From Vicinamibacterales bacterium (GTDB lineage: Bacteria > Acidobacteriota > Vicinamibacteria > Vicinamibacterales > UBA8438): a stretch of DNA of 64,000 bases. Location: the NCBI GenBank assembly GCA_965215105.1, contig OZ244051.1:2113653-2177652 (forward strand), written 5' to 3'. The notes below the pieces were generated by a model. That model did not search any database. It worked only from the letters and a program-made list of their open reading frames with translations, and was not told where the DNA came from. Shown here piece after piece: positions 63,353-64,000 of the stretch (positions within the stretch are counted from its first letter, which is position 1; the number at the start of each line of letters is the position of its first letter). The translations under genes were made by a program, and so were the position numbers.

Positions 63353-64000
63353 TCAGGCGGCCTTCACTTCGACAACGACGCCGAGATCGTGCAGCCGCCG
63401 CAGGAGGCGCTGCTTGGCGCGCTCCTTGTCGCGGTCGGCCAGGTAGCGACCGCCGAGGTCGCGGTAGTCCGTCTCGTCGCGGAGCATGAAGTAGACAGCG
63501 GTCAGCATGGAGGCGGCGACCGCGATGATCGCCTTCTTCGGGCCGCGCCGGCCTTTGAGGCGCCTAAATTGGGATTGCAGGTAGCTGTCCTTCTTCCGTG
63601 TCGCCGCCCACGCGGCCTGGACCAGCGCCGTCTTCAGCCACGGGGGTCGCATGACGGATCCGGGTCGAGCGGCGCTTGCCCGCACTCTCGTCCAGGCGCG
63701 GGCACAGGCCCGCCCACGAGACCAGATGGCCCGCACTGGGAAACTGCGTCATGTCCACGCCGACCTCGGCGATGATCACCCGCGCGACCGTCTCACTGAC
63801 CCCGGGTATCGTCGTCAGCCGGTCGGCCGCCTCGCGAAAAGGGCGCAGCACCTCGTCGGCCTGCCGCTCGACCTTCTGCACGGTGGCGCTCAGCGCGTCG
63901 ATCTGCGCCAGATGCAATTCCAGCAGGAAGCGATGATGCGCCGTCACCCGGCCGTGCACCGCGGCGACGATGTCCGCGCGGCCGGCCTTCAGGCGCCCGG
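63353..64000 (-). mobile_element. IS110-family transposase gene, 5' part beyond the right window edge, frame-shifted in a G5 run at 63642..63646
   Basis: One frame carries the Transposase_20-type block TIPGVSETVARVIIAEVGVDMTQFPSAGHLVSWAGLCPRLDESAGKRRSTRIR. The continuation PWLKTALVQAAWAATRKKDSYLQSQFRRLKGRRGPKKAIIAVAASML lies in another frame. Removing one C from the minus-strand ACCCCCGTGG restores RHATPWLKTALVQ. The ORF stays open to position 64000. Confidence 0.8.

Overview
This is a 64-kb, very GC-rich bacterial chromosomal segment (about 70-75% GC in hand-counted lines). The AbiE-like module near 62 kb (~62%) and carD (~55%) are lower. I can support about 57 protein-coding genes and one tRNA-Leu(CAA). 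There is also an IS110-family transposase fragment at the right edge and three toxin-antitoxin pairs (VapBC, BrnTA, AbiE-like). Non-coding features include a family of ~40-nt REP-like palindromes, two tandem triplications on gene 3' ends, and a few promoters and intrinsic terminators. Many of the longest ORFs in the supplied track are antisense or out-of-frame shadow ORFs caused by low stop-codon density, so I trimmed or rejected them (for example 549..2873+, 5134..7404+, 31010..35512+, 54047..57079+). Most gene content is housekeeping or periplasmic redox. It includes an octaheme cytochrome c, a cytochrome c/His-pair protein, a multicopper oxidase, a peroxiredoxin, a DUF1592/DUF1552 pair, an ankyrin protein, NHL and PQQ-like propellers, gabD, pheA, moaC, rex, carD, lepB, plsC, methylcrotonyl-CoA-carboxylase-like subunits and a LytS/LytTR two-component pair. 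This content would fit a soil Acidobacteriota-, Gemmatimonadota- or Planctomycetota-like genome, but taxonomy cannot be determined from the window. The main hunt result is the left 8.8 kb, a tightly coupled four-gene minus-strand operon. It encodes a 1500-aa Ser/Thr-kinase-fused DrmA-like DExH helicase, a DrmB-like DUF1998 zinc-ribbon protein, a minimal UvrD-like SF1 ATPase, and an unannotated protein that runs off the left edge and is missing from the ORF track. No methyltransferase or PLD nuclease is in view. I do not recognise this combination as a described defence system. Caveat: three otherwise intact genes carry single-nucleotide frame disruptions (cytochrome, IS110 transposase, possibly the MCC alpha subunit), so assembly indels are possible.
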